From assembly GCF_018350175.1 (NCBI RefSeq), contig NC_058368.1, positions 4,464,001 to 4,528,000 on the forward strand: DNA of 64,000 nt. Direction: 5' to 3'. Shown piece by piece: positions 53,084 to 64,000 of the stretch (positions are counted from its first letter, which is position 1; the number at the start of each line of letters is the position of its first letter). A program made the translations under genes and the position numbers. The DNA comes from Felis catus (lineage: Eukaryota). The notes beneath the pieces are model-generated. The model was not told where the DNA came from. It did no database searches and saw nothing but the letters and a program-made list of their open reading frames with translations.

Positions 53084-53158
53084 CCTTTGACTTCCCGTGT
53101 CCTGCCTTTTGAGCATTTAGCATGGCGAGTTTCTTTTGATTTTCTGAAATTTCCATTC
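53084..53158 (-). CDS. SPATA13: SPATA13 penultimate coding exon (75 nt)
   Basis: GMEISENQKKLAMLNAQKAGHGKSKG; atccag|GA and AAGG|gtaagt; phase 1/1. Confidence 0.94.
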
Positions 53159-55635
53159 CTGGATTTAGAAAGACATGATACACATTCAAAACAAGTGAAA
53201 CCACTGCAGAGTAAAACCAGAACCATAACCTGGAGCAAAAAACCTCATTCCCTGAGGAACCAAGGGACACTGAAAAGCTTACAAATGGAGAAGTAGCAAG
53301 GACTGTCCCCAGGACGGACACTCGGATAACCTGCTCCCTACAAGGACACGTTAAAGGGTGACATGGGGTGCTGTTAATAACGACACACAGACCACTTGTG
53401 CAGACCCAGACGCATGTCCACGTAGGGTCACCCAAATCACAACCATACAGGGTGAGGCCCTAGGAGGAGAGGGCAAATCGAAGGAGTCCCAGGGTCGACT
53501 CGCCCACCTGCTGTGAAAGCCGAGTGAGCGATTCCACCTTGAACATCTGCGTAATGGGAACTGGATTTTGTACCCCAACTGTCGAGAGCACGTGCCTTGA
53601 ACTTCCCCTGTAAAGTTCGCTGTCTGCACAGAGTGGGTGAGGTGGGGGGAACAGCAGGCCCCTGCACGCAGGACGTGGAGAGAGAGCAAAGGCCAGGGAC
53701 GGAGGAGGGCCAAGTCTGTCAGGCTGGCTCCTAGGCCGGCAAGAAAGCTTCTTCCAGGAGGCAGGCTCTACACCCAGCAGAAGGAAATCAGGGCTCAGCC
53801 TCTGCCGTCACACTCAGCTCCCGGCTGCTCCCTGGGCCGTGGCTCCCTGACCGAGCTGACGTCTGACAGGTCCTGACCCCTCCCTCGGGTGCCACACACT
53901 GGCTTCTGCTGCTCCTGGACCCGCACGGGCCTTCTGCCCCACTCCGGCCCTCCATGCCCAGCCTGCCTTATGGCGGACCTCCCCGATCTCTCCACACATG
54001 AGGTGACAGGCACTGGACTAACATAACATGCCTGGCGAGGACCCGGGGCCACCCTCGTTCATTCCACATTCACCCAGTCCAGAGACTCCCAGAGTGCCCC
54101 ATCCATTCATTCATTCGTTCACTCATTCATTCACGTCTTCTGAGGACCAGCCACAAGGGAAGCAGTGTACTAGAGAAAGGTATAAAATCAAGGCTCGTCT
54201 TTCTTTCTGTCAAGGGACGGAGTTGAGACGTGCTTAGGATGCCCCCTGCAATATTGGTTCTATCTGAGGGGAAACTGCAATATCCCAACTTACAAATGAT
54301 GTCAGGGCCTACACTAGATGACCTTACATGGCGGGTAAAATTGGGATCTTTGCAAATATTTGAGGAGTTCTCAGCATGACAGAGTGAGGAGTCTCACTCC
54401 AGTGAGACCCCAGGCAAAAGTGGCACCGATATATGGCAGCTGCTGGGAAGCAGCTTTCCTCCTGGTAGGAGGGGGACGTCCACTTAGCGGAAGGGGTCCC
54501 CTATGAGCGACGAGTGCTACAGGTGTCACTAGGGGTTGAGGTCCAGTGTTTCAGAGGAGATTCCTGCTTGATGGTGAGTGAGCCAGACTGACTCCTAAAC
54601 CCCTTCCTGCCCTAACGTAGGATCCCACACACCCTCCTGTGGGTGAGATTCAGATCCGTGGCGAAGCCTAGGATCGGTACAACACGGATCCGTAGAACAC
54701 GGACAGGGCGGGGGTAGGCCCAGGTTTCCACTCTAGCTTTCGTCGCGGCAGTGGGTGGCTTTTCTGTCCTGCACTACGTAACCTTTACGGTCTGGGCTTA
54801 CGTGGGCTGCAGAGATGAATATCCTCATTCCACCTCACCTTTAAGGCCCCCGGTCCCTGTGGCATCCTGACATCTGTCCGACAGTTGGTGCTCAAAACCC
54901 TAATGTGCTCGGAAGGCCCTGCACCTTGGGCTTACAGACCGGGCCTGACAGTTTCCGGCTTTTAGGGCTAATCAGTACCTGGAGGCGAGCAGACCCTGGG
55001 ACGGTAAGGGCGACAGGAGGAAGCAGTGCCTGAACCGTAGGACAGGGTGCACGGTCCTCAGCTTCATGCACGAGAGAGATGGGGAAACAGGTGGGCCAAG
55101 GTCTTGGGTCTGAATGGACTAGGGCAGCAAGGTAAATTTAAAGTGCTTTAAAGGTACACCTGAAGAGGCGGCCTCGAGGATCATCCGGTATTTCTCATGG
55201 CCTGGATGACAGTCACCAGAGTGTGGCCCAGTCTCGGGGTGACACCGAGCTGGCTTTAAATGCTAAGCGGTCAGGCTAGAAGAGTGGGCAAGTGCCTTGA
55301 GCCTCAGTTTCCTCGCCTATAGTAATGGGTATAGCAACAGTATCCACATCTTGGGATTAAACGGCACAACCTCCGTACGTGTGTTAATCGACTACGTTAG
55401 CCGTAAGGCCCTGCGGTCAGCAGCAGGCTATCAGTCGTCAAGAGTTAACACGCGGGCTTCTGACTGTGCGTGGGGTCGACCGTATTCGGGATTTGCAGAT
55501 CCCGCTTCTTTTCTGCAAGGGGGCTACTTGACCCCGGGGGGGGGGGGGGGCGGGGGGGCGGGGAAGACCTGACCGCTGGGCGGGGGGGGGAGGGGGGGGA
55601 CGCGGCTGGGGCGGGAGGGCAGAGGCGCCGCTCAC

Positions 55636-56008
55636 CCATCTCGCGGTCCTCCCGCACGCGCCTCCTCTCGTCGCCGCAGGCCTGCAGCCACCTCGCCTTG
55701 TCTTCCTGCTTCTTGGCACAGAACAGGTGAACCTCGTCGGTGGTTTTGCTGACGAGCTTGAAGGCGTTCTTCACGCTGAGGTTCCAGTCCTTGTCCCGCC
55801 CGTCCGCCAGGTCCACGAGCCGCACCTCGTCCATGTCCGTGCGGCCTCGGTAGTAGAGCACGTCCCTGCGCAGCAGGTCCTTCTTGCACGACACCAGCTG
55901 GTGGTCAAACAGGAAGAACGTCCGCTGCTGGCTCTTGCCGTGCCTGCTGACCTGGGTCAGCTCCCCGGAGTGGATCAGTTCCGAGCTCCGCTCGAGGATA
56001 TCCAGCCC
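55636..56008 (-). CDS. SPATA13: SPATA13 PH-domain exon (373 nt)
   Basis: [17 protein letters not shown]...[21 protein letters not shown]...[21 protein letters not shown]; ctccag|GGG and ATGG|gtgagc. Confidence 0.96.
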
Positions 56009-57746
56009 CTGGAGGGAGGAAAACACAGTTCACGGTCTCCCCATCCCCATTCCTTCACGCGTCACGGAGACAGGAAGAGCTCCTGACACGGTCTGTTCTC
56101 GGACCTTCCAGTCACAGGAGACCCGTCCGCGGGTCGGCGGGGCTCAAGAGGCCACGTGAATCTCGGGCTGTTCGTCTCCCTGTGTGTGAAATTTCCTTTC
56201 TTTACCTCCTACTCAGCGGGAAATGTTACGGCGTCTCTGTGTTGTGAGGTGTATTCCCGGTGGCAAATGTGCTGGGTCACTAGACTCCACCCCGCCTGAA
56301 ATGGCTGCTCCTGGGAGAAGAAGGGCACCACAGAGGCTTCCTACGGGTGGGAACTCTGCGCTACCGACCCTGGGGCTCGGGCCTTCCCGTCTGGTATACA
56401 CAGCGGCTCCCAGAATAAAAACTAGCTTCGGACCTTGGAAACAAAAGGCCACGTGGCAAACTGCCAACCAGAGATCGGTGAACTTCTGACAAGAAATTAT
56501 CCCCTCAATGCCACAGTCCAAGAACACAAGGAAAAATACACCTTTACAGTATTAGGTTGGGTCTAACCCAATGTACCTTTATGGTATTGGGTACGACACC
56601 GGCCTTTGGTCTCTAAGATTTTTATTCTCCTTCAGTCCCGGTCACACACAACATTTTGTGGAGGCAGAAAATCTTGACTCCAAAACAGTTCTACTTACTT
56701 GCCTACAGCAATTCTGTGCCCCAGATTCTGCACTTACAAAGTAAGAGAGTTAAACACAGTGATGTCTGGGGGCCCATCCAAGCTCCACAAGTCTCTACGA
56801 CCCCTGAAATAGAAGTATCTCTTTCCAACGTTCATGGCCATCACCTACCTTAGTTAAAAACCTAACTTCTCCATCCAAACTTTCTTAATCCTTCGGGACA
56901 GTGTGTTCTGACCAATCAATTTGATGTAGGACGAATCTCACTTGGTCTAAACACAATCGGAACAGCACCAGCTGATCGTTCTTAATGACCGCCATAGGGT
57001 CTAGCGGTCACCAGCACGCGCTCTGAAGCCAGGCTGCCTGACTACATTGGAATCCGGGTCTGCCACTCTCCGGCTGTGTGGCCTTGAGCCAGCTCCCTAC
57101 CCCTGCGTGTTTCCGTTCCCTATCAGTTCAGTGGAGGCCACAGCAGTCCCTACCTCATAGGGTCACTGAGAGGATGAAATGAGTTCACATATAAAAACGG
57201 CTTAGAGCAGTGCCAGACGCTGCTGTGGTTGTTGTGTTTATAAATAAATACGCACGCTAGACCATTCTTCCAGGGTGTGCCAAGGACTGCGTTTACCACC
57301 GTCTTAGACGATCCTCACAACAGCCCTGTGAGGCAGGTAGTGTTTTCAACCCCACCTTATGGATGAAAATATTGATCTTGCCCAGATCAAGACCAGTTCG
57401 GACGCACGCAGTGTGAGTCCGGAGTCCGTACTCCTACCACGCTATATTGTGTATTTTAAGGGTTCTCCGTTTGCTTTCATGGAGCGTACTTCCTAGCAGG
57501 AGAGACAGCGTAAACAATAAATGAATTACAGACACTCTTCAGAGTTGACTTCTTGGTGCAGGTGAGGCGTCAAGTAGCTGACTGTTAAGGTCAAGCACGT
57601 GCCTCAAAATACAGACACCATTAAAGCCAAGAATATGAAGAGTCAATCACAGGATGCTCAAGTATGGCATCAAACTAGACCAGAGTGAGGGAGGGGGTGC
57701 ACAGTGCTGGGCGGCGTAGCAGGTGCGGGAAGGGGTTCGCACTTAC

Positions 57747-57876
57747 CTCCCAGCCCACGATGGACACCTGCCACCGTGCTATCTTGTCTATGCTTTCCAG
57801 CCTGCGCTTGCGCTCATTGATCAAACAGGCTACGTTCTTCATGGCTTCGTAGGCTGCCTTTATATTGTTGTAATCA
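57747..57876 (-). CDS. SPATA13: SPATA13 exon, end of DH domain (130 nt)
   Basis: [43 protein letters not shown]; ttacag|T and GAG|gtaagt. Confidence 0.96.
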
Positions 57877-59115
57877 CTGTAAAGCAGGAGGTTCATGTTA
57901 GCCACATAACCTGAAACCTGCAAAGGCAGACTGACAAAGTCATGCCCCCCAACCCTGATTTGTATACCAACAGTCTAGACGACGTGGCATCTAAATAACG
58001 GCCATTGTTCCCTTTTTCTTTTTCCTCTATGAATAGACTACAGTCTCCATAGGTTAAGGGAGCTGACCGAATGCAATCCAGAATTCTTTGGGATAAGAAT
58101 GTTTTCATTCATTTCCCAGAAATCGCAATGAATGAAAGTGAATGCCACAAGAAGTAAGTTTTAGTCACAGTGACAATAGATTATTTTCATCAGTAAAGAA
58201 AGGACAGTCTTTATTATTGCTTTGGTTCTCTTACAGCCAGTTTTGCTATATAAAGTACTTTAACAATCAGTAACCATTCTCGAGACTAATTATCCGCTCT
58301 GAGCCTCATCTGTGATGATATTCAGGAAAGGACACAAAGGGGACATGAGCCACAGAAGTGGGACGTGGTGTCATGTAAGCGCTAACACCGTATTCACCTC
58401 ACTGAACGACCTTCATTTCTGGTGCTTCCGTATCCTGCAGTCAGATCAAACTAAATATTCCCTGGAACAGGCTCCTGTTCCCCAGGTTTCTAAAACCGGA
58501 GGTACTGGAAAAATAAATTACAGCTATACTCTACACACAGACTCGGGCAGGGCACGTCTAGTGTTGGGAAGTTTTACATTCCAGTTTGCTCGGCATTAAT
58601 AATTTGGGGACATGGAAACCAATCATCCAGCTAATGAGCTGAATTCTTCACTTTCTGGCACGTTCCTGTGTCTCATGGGATAGACGGAGCCTTTGGATCT
58701 CAGTTGCACCGAATTCAGATCCTCCTGCACAGTCAGGACAAGAAAGCCTTGGAAGCAGACTCTTGTTTATTTAGCAAACACAATGAAACTCCACTCCTGG
58801 GAAGTCCCTGGGCACTCCCCCGCAAGGCAGACCTCGCTGTCTCTAAACAGGCCCGTTCACACTCAGAGGTGGGGCCCGACGGAAGACCCGGACAGATACA
58901 AGGGGGCTGCCAAGATAGTGGGAGCCACCACTCACCCCAGGCCTCAGGCAGCGAAGAAGAGTGCACAGAACTATTGTGCATTTTTTCCTACAAGATTTTC
59001 TGTCAATCCTAGGAGAGAGGCAGAACGCAATGGTTTTGGTTTTTTTTTGTTTTGTTTTGTTTTATTGAATGAAGACAGGGAAATGGGCCTTCTGTCATTT
59101 CCTTTAAAAGGATTT

Positions 59116-59330
59116 GGGGGCGCCTGGGTGGCGCAGTCGGTTAAGCGTCCGACTTCAGCCAGGTCACGATCTCGCGGTCCGTGAATTCGAGCCCGGCGTC
59201 GGGCTCTGGGCTGATGGCTCGGAGCCTGGAGCCTGTTTCAGATTCTGTGTCTCCCTCTCTCTCTGCCCCTCCCCTGTTCATGCTCTGTCTCTCTCTGTCC
59301 CAAAAATAAATAAACGTTAAAAAAAAAAAA
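59116..59330 (+). mobile_element. Very young felid CAN-SINE
   Basis: CpGs intact, TSD TTTAAAAGGATTT. Confidence 0.95.
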
Positions 59331-59638
59331 ATTTAAAAGGATTTGGGGGGGGGGGAGGGTAGTAGCCAAAATACACAAATGCCTCACAGTGAGAAAGGCC
59401 CCTAGAAGAGAAAAACCAACTGTTGAAGGATGATGTACAGACTTCCGGACATACACTTCCCACCTGAGAACGTGCCAATCTGCTTGCCCATGTCTGTCAA
59501 GATGTCTCTTTTTACTCTTATCTATTTTCTCTGGTTCCTCAGCACGGTGTGTTTTCATTCTTGAACATTTTCTTTAAATGTGTGGCTCTCTTAACTTTGC
59601 TATTTTGCTTCCACTCAAGTTTTCTGATTTTCCCATCA

Positions 59639-59687
59639 GAAATAGAAATAGAAACAGAAATAGAAATAGAAATAGAAATAGATATAG
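59639..59687. repeat. (GAAATA)n hexanucleotide repeat
   Basis: Imperfect run of ~8 units. Confidence 0.85.
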
Positions 59688-61132
59688 CTCTCTTCTCTCT
59701 TTCAATGAACGCCTTTCTCTTATTCCTTTAATCTTAATTCTTTAACATCCATGTCTATAGGGTCTATTGTTTGGCAACCCAGCTCTTTTTCTCTTTCCAC
59801 CTTCCACTCTAATTGTAAAAAGATTCCTTCTGCAAGCCCCATGTCTCCACAGGAGTCCGGCAACAGACAGGACAAAAGATGGCTCCATCCTGCACACCCT
59901 GCAGGGCCAGGCACTGCCGGGGAGAATGTGATTGCTCTCCGGGCAGCCGTTAGCTGTGAAAAGCCAGCACTGTGTGGTTTGGCAAGGCAGATTTCCTCTG
60001 GGTACAATCCTGTCCCCCTCTCTGCATCCTAGAACCTTTCCAGATCATCCTTTCAAGGGCTACAGGTAGGTACACTGAAAGCTTTGTACCAGTGACACGG
60101 ATGTCAGGAATGAGGTTTGAGTCTTACCTAAAATAGCAAGCTTTATCCCAAAACCTTGGTATCCAGCTGGCATTCCGGTTGTGGCCTGGTGAAAACACAG
60201 CAATAACCCAACCGGTGCCACTTAAAGGCACCACGCACAGCTGGGTCCTGCACATCTTGGGGAGTGGCACAGAACGGCATGCCCATTCCAACACCCAGTG
60301 GGTGAGATCTCACAAATAATCACAGCACGGTTATGCGTTATTCTGTACATGCAGGAAAACAGTGAGTTGCTGTTAAGTAGCAAGTTAATAGCTCCCCCAG
60401 AAGAACTTAGGGACAAACTTAGGGACAAGGAAATGGAGCATTCGGGTGACCATGATGAGAAGTCCCGTGCTCCAAAGCGCAAGGTGTACGGGGTGGAACG
60501 GATCATGGAGACGGAGTGAGCACCCAGGCTGGGCAAGAAAGGGCTTAGAGCCAGACGGGACCTCGGGGGGATGCTTCTCCAACCTGACCCTACACACTAC
60601 CCTGTCCCCTCGAGATTCCCCACTCTTTCAGGGTTTAAACTCTGGCAGTCCTCACCCTTCCGTAAAGTAACTTCTCCTTGCAGCACATGATAGCGCTCTG
60701 GGGGTGAGTTGCTATAGGACGGGAAGCAGACTGTTTCCGAAACTGAAGTTACGCCGGTGTATGTCTTTATTTAAAATAAACTACTGAGTAGCTACAAAAG
60801 AGCATTTGTAGGATATACGTGAGTTATAAGGACCAACAGACAACACAAACCCCCGTGTGCTCATGACACGGTTTAAGAATTATTCTTAATAATGATGTTG
60901 AGCATCTCTAGGAACAGATATTCTGGAGCCTCTTCGATGACCCTAGTTCAGACTTCAGAGTAATCTTGAACGTTCGAAGCGACATGACAGCTTCTTCCCC
61001 AACACTCAGCGAGAGCGTCAAGAGGACGCGTGAGCCAGCCCGTCACCGCCACTCCGCGAAGCCCCGGGTGCCCCCCTGGGGCCGGGGTGTGCAGGCCCCG
61101 GTGCACGTCCCCCAGAGGCACCTGCCCCTCAC

Positions 61133-61365
61133 CTGTGCTCCTGCGTGGTGTACTTGAGCAGCTCGGCCAGCTGCAGAGGGTACTTGCAGATCTTCTGCAC
61201 CGGCGTCAGCAGGAACCCGTCGATGGCGATGTCGATCATCTGCTGCAGCAGGCGGCAGGCTTCGAAGAAGTGTCGGTAGCGGCCCTGCTTCATCAGGCGG
61301 GACAGCTCCGCGCAGGCGCCCGGGTGGTTGTTACAGTACTCGGAGTAGATGGCAAAGCCCTCTTG
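61133..61365 (-). CDS. SPATA13: SPATA13 DH-domain exon (233 nt)
   Basis: [77 protein letters not shown] (DH CR3 motif); ttccag|CAA and AG|gtgagg; frame not in the ORF track. Confidence 0.96.
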
Positions 61366-62885
61366 CTGGAAAGGGGAAGCACAGCCGCGTCAGGCTATGG
61401 GCTGGCGATGAGCGCGGCCCCGTCCGAGGGGGCGTCCCGGAGAGCACCCCGATTCTGCCCTGTTCTCATGCAGCAAGCCCGCGTCTTCTCTGCAGGCAGG
61501 GGCCGCTTACAGAGCAGGGGCCCGAGGGTGGGGGGGGCTGCTCTAGGACTCGGTGCCCTGGCCCCACTCGAAGCCCCCCTCGTCGAACCCTGACGGGGTG
61601 TCTCACGGTGGCCCGGGGCTTCCGCAGGGGAGCAGCACCCACTGCCACCGTCATCTCCGCCCCAGCTCTGCTCCAAGGAAAAGGCAGGCGCTGTTCCCAA
61701 GTCCCGTCTGTCTCCCCCTCGTCCTCTTTACTTTCACTGACACACAGGCTTGTGACCGTGACCACAAGGGGGGGATTCAAAGCCACCACCCGCTCCCCCC
61801 ACAGCACGTCCTCCCCCTAACGCCCCACCGCCTGGTCCCCACACACGTGAGCCCCCCGGCTCCCTTCCTTTCTCCCGGACTTCTCCCTTGGAGGCTGCTT
61901 GCCACCAAGGTCTCAGGACGCCGGCGCTTCTCTCCCGGATCCCAGAGCGGCACCCTGTCAGTCCCCTATCCGTGCTCGAGGGCTTGCCCCTGCTTCCACA
62001 TTCCCAGGGCCTCCGCACCCCACCTCCGAACAGCCCCCCGCCGCAGCCACTGCGGCCAGGCTGCCCGCTCGCGGTCCTCCGCCCTGCCCACGGCTGTGTG
62101 GTGTCCCACCCCGCAGTTCCTACTTGTCTGTGCCCAGCACGACACGCCTCAACTCCCGTGTCCCAGAAGTCTAGAAGGTTTTCCCCACCCACCTGTTAAT
62201 TCTTGGAGACTCAGCGCCCTGCAGGCAGTTCTGACGCCCCAAGACCAGTTCCGTCAGCTGGTTCTCAGAAATCCCCACGCCCACGTCTGTCCTTCCACAC
62301 GCCCACTGCAGTCACCCCTCCCCAGCACCACCTCGCCCCTTGCGTGGCTTCTCCCGTTCTCCCCGCAAGGCCGCGCCCAGAGGCTTCGCCTTCATCAGGC
62401 CCTGCCCCCTGCAGCCTGACCTTCACCGACCTCTGAAGCTTCTCTCTTGGAACCTTCTGCTCTGGCCAAACAGGCCTTTCACCAAGTCCCAAACAGACCC
62501 AGTGCACTCGTGGGGCGGATGCTCCCCACTGCGTGGCCACCACGGCATTATCTTCAACCACTTAAAATCAACCTACCCGAGGACCAGCTTCCGTTCTGCT
62601 GCCTCTGTATAGCCACTGGGGTCAGTACCCAGCAAGCGCTACCTGAGGAGCTGGCTTTGTCACTGCTATTATTGTTACCATAATTGTGTCCGTTTGGGCT
62701 GGGAATAAAGTCTCCTTCCTCTGAAATCTGTTAGTATTGATCAGGGGCACTGAATCCTCAGTTATTAAGCTCACGCCATCATCACAAGACTGTTCTGAGG
62801 TACTTACAGCGTTCCACGCAGGGGTCTGAGAACTGCACACCTCGGTCTGAACCTACACCTGCTCCTTACTAACGTGTGACCTTGA

Positions 62886-63089
62886 GGGGCGCCTGGGTGG
62901 CTCAGTCGGTCGAGCGTCCGACTTCCGCTCAGGTCGTGATCTCGTGGTTTGTGAGTTCAAGCCCCGCGTTGCGCTCTGTGCTGACCGCTCGGAGCCGCTT
63001 CGGATTCTGTGTCTCCCTCTCTCTCTGCCCTCTCCCCTGCTCATGCTTTCTCTCTCTTTCAAAAATAAACAAACATCAAAAAAAAAAAA
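62886..63089 (+). mobile_element. CAN-SINE inserted in a MIR remnant
   Basis: TSD AACGTGTGACCTTG; flanks show MIR core (gtgaccttggg...agtttctgcatctggaaaatgg). Confidence 0.9.
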
Positions 63090-63509
63090 AACGTGTGACC
63101 TTGGGTCACTTGCTCTCTGGGCTAGTTTCTGCATCTGGAAAATGGGCAAAATAATCAATCCTACCACGTCATAGCAGTACAGAAGCTAACACAAGAAAAC
63201 CCTGAAAAGAGTGATTAACATATAATAGTTACTATGAGAGGGACTATGAGAAATTACTCCAAATACAACCCCCTAACTCCAAACTGCATAAAAGTGGGAA
63301 GATTCTAAAATCTTGAGGTATGTAGGTAAAGATTAACCATATAAACCAAGCAACTTAATTTACAACTGACATCTCCATTCCATAGGCAATTAATCCAGCA
63401 AACAAAGCAAGAAACAAAACAGAACAAAAAAGGACTCCTTTCTAGATTGGAGAAACATTTCAAAATTATTTGACCGGATGTGATTAATAAGACGTAACAG
63501 GTGACATAC

Positions 63510-63689
63510 ATGTTGCAGAAAGCAGGATCCTATTTCACTTAAATGAGGTTCCTCTTTATTGTACTGTTTCTCAAGGTCTTTCAGGAACTTTCTTTGGAAT
63601 TTGTAAATATCTTCAATGTTTCCAAAAATGGTGGCTAGTTGCGCAACAGTGAACATTCCCGTGTGTTTGCGACACTGTCGGATATAGCC
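63510..63689 (-). CDS. SPATA13: SPATA13 DH-domain exon (180 nt); gene starts beyond the right edge
   Basis: GYIRQCRKHTGMFTVAQLATIFGNIEDIYKFQRKFLKDLEKQYNKEEPHLSEIGSCFLQH; tcgcag|GGC and CAT|gtatgt. Confidence 0.96.
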
Positions 63690-64000
63690 CTGCGAAACAG
63701 AGAAGTAAACTTTTAAAAATTAATTTGGAGATTCACAGAAATTATTTGAATAATACAGTGTTTTGGGCCCAAAGCCATTATCTTGGAGTAGATTTTAATT
63801 AGAGAAAATTATTTTACCCTATGGGTCCCTGATGGGGTAATCACACTTCCGCGACTGCAGTGTGCTATGAATATTTTTAAAAGAAAAGAGAACAACAGGC
63901 GCATGTGGTTGGATTTAGGAGGCAAGAAACTATATAAAGTTTTCAGATTATACTCATAAAGCAAAGTTGCAGGGTTTCAAACATGAGGGCTCAAACATTG

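Noticed and set aside
61553..62419. 288-aa plus-strand ORF
   Set aside because: C-rich intronic sequence, Pro/Ser/Leu-biased, no homology recognised

Overview
Mammalian genomic DNA, almost certainly a felid: the window is dense in tRNA-derived CAN-SINEs of the cat SINEC_Fc type. Three protein-coding genes lie in tandem on the minus strand. From the right these are the last six coding exons plus a ~3.9 kb 3' UTR of SPATA13 (ASEF2, DH-PH RhoGEF), a complete single-copy C1QTNF9 (CTRP9; 3 coding exons, 332 aa, plus a candidate non-coding exon 1), and exons 1-7 of MIPEP (mitochondrial intermediate peptidase, continuing past the left edge). All 16 coding exons were read by hand; they have canonical GT/AG boundaries and compatible phases. 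The rest is SINEs, L1, L2, MIR, MaLR/ERV LTRs, DNA transposon fossils, microsatellites and several CpG-rich islands. I see no new gene system and no RNA gene or CRISPR array. The most notable signals are: two independent 'tail + full SINE' head-to-tail insertions, each inside one target-site duplication (template jumping); an L1 whose 5' UTR is fused directly to late ORF2; an orphan CpG island over MIPEP exon 3 with GC-skewed codons; and a SINE-donated polyadenylation signal for C1QTNF9. Gene and repeat family names are from recognition, not from a database search.
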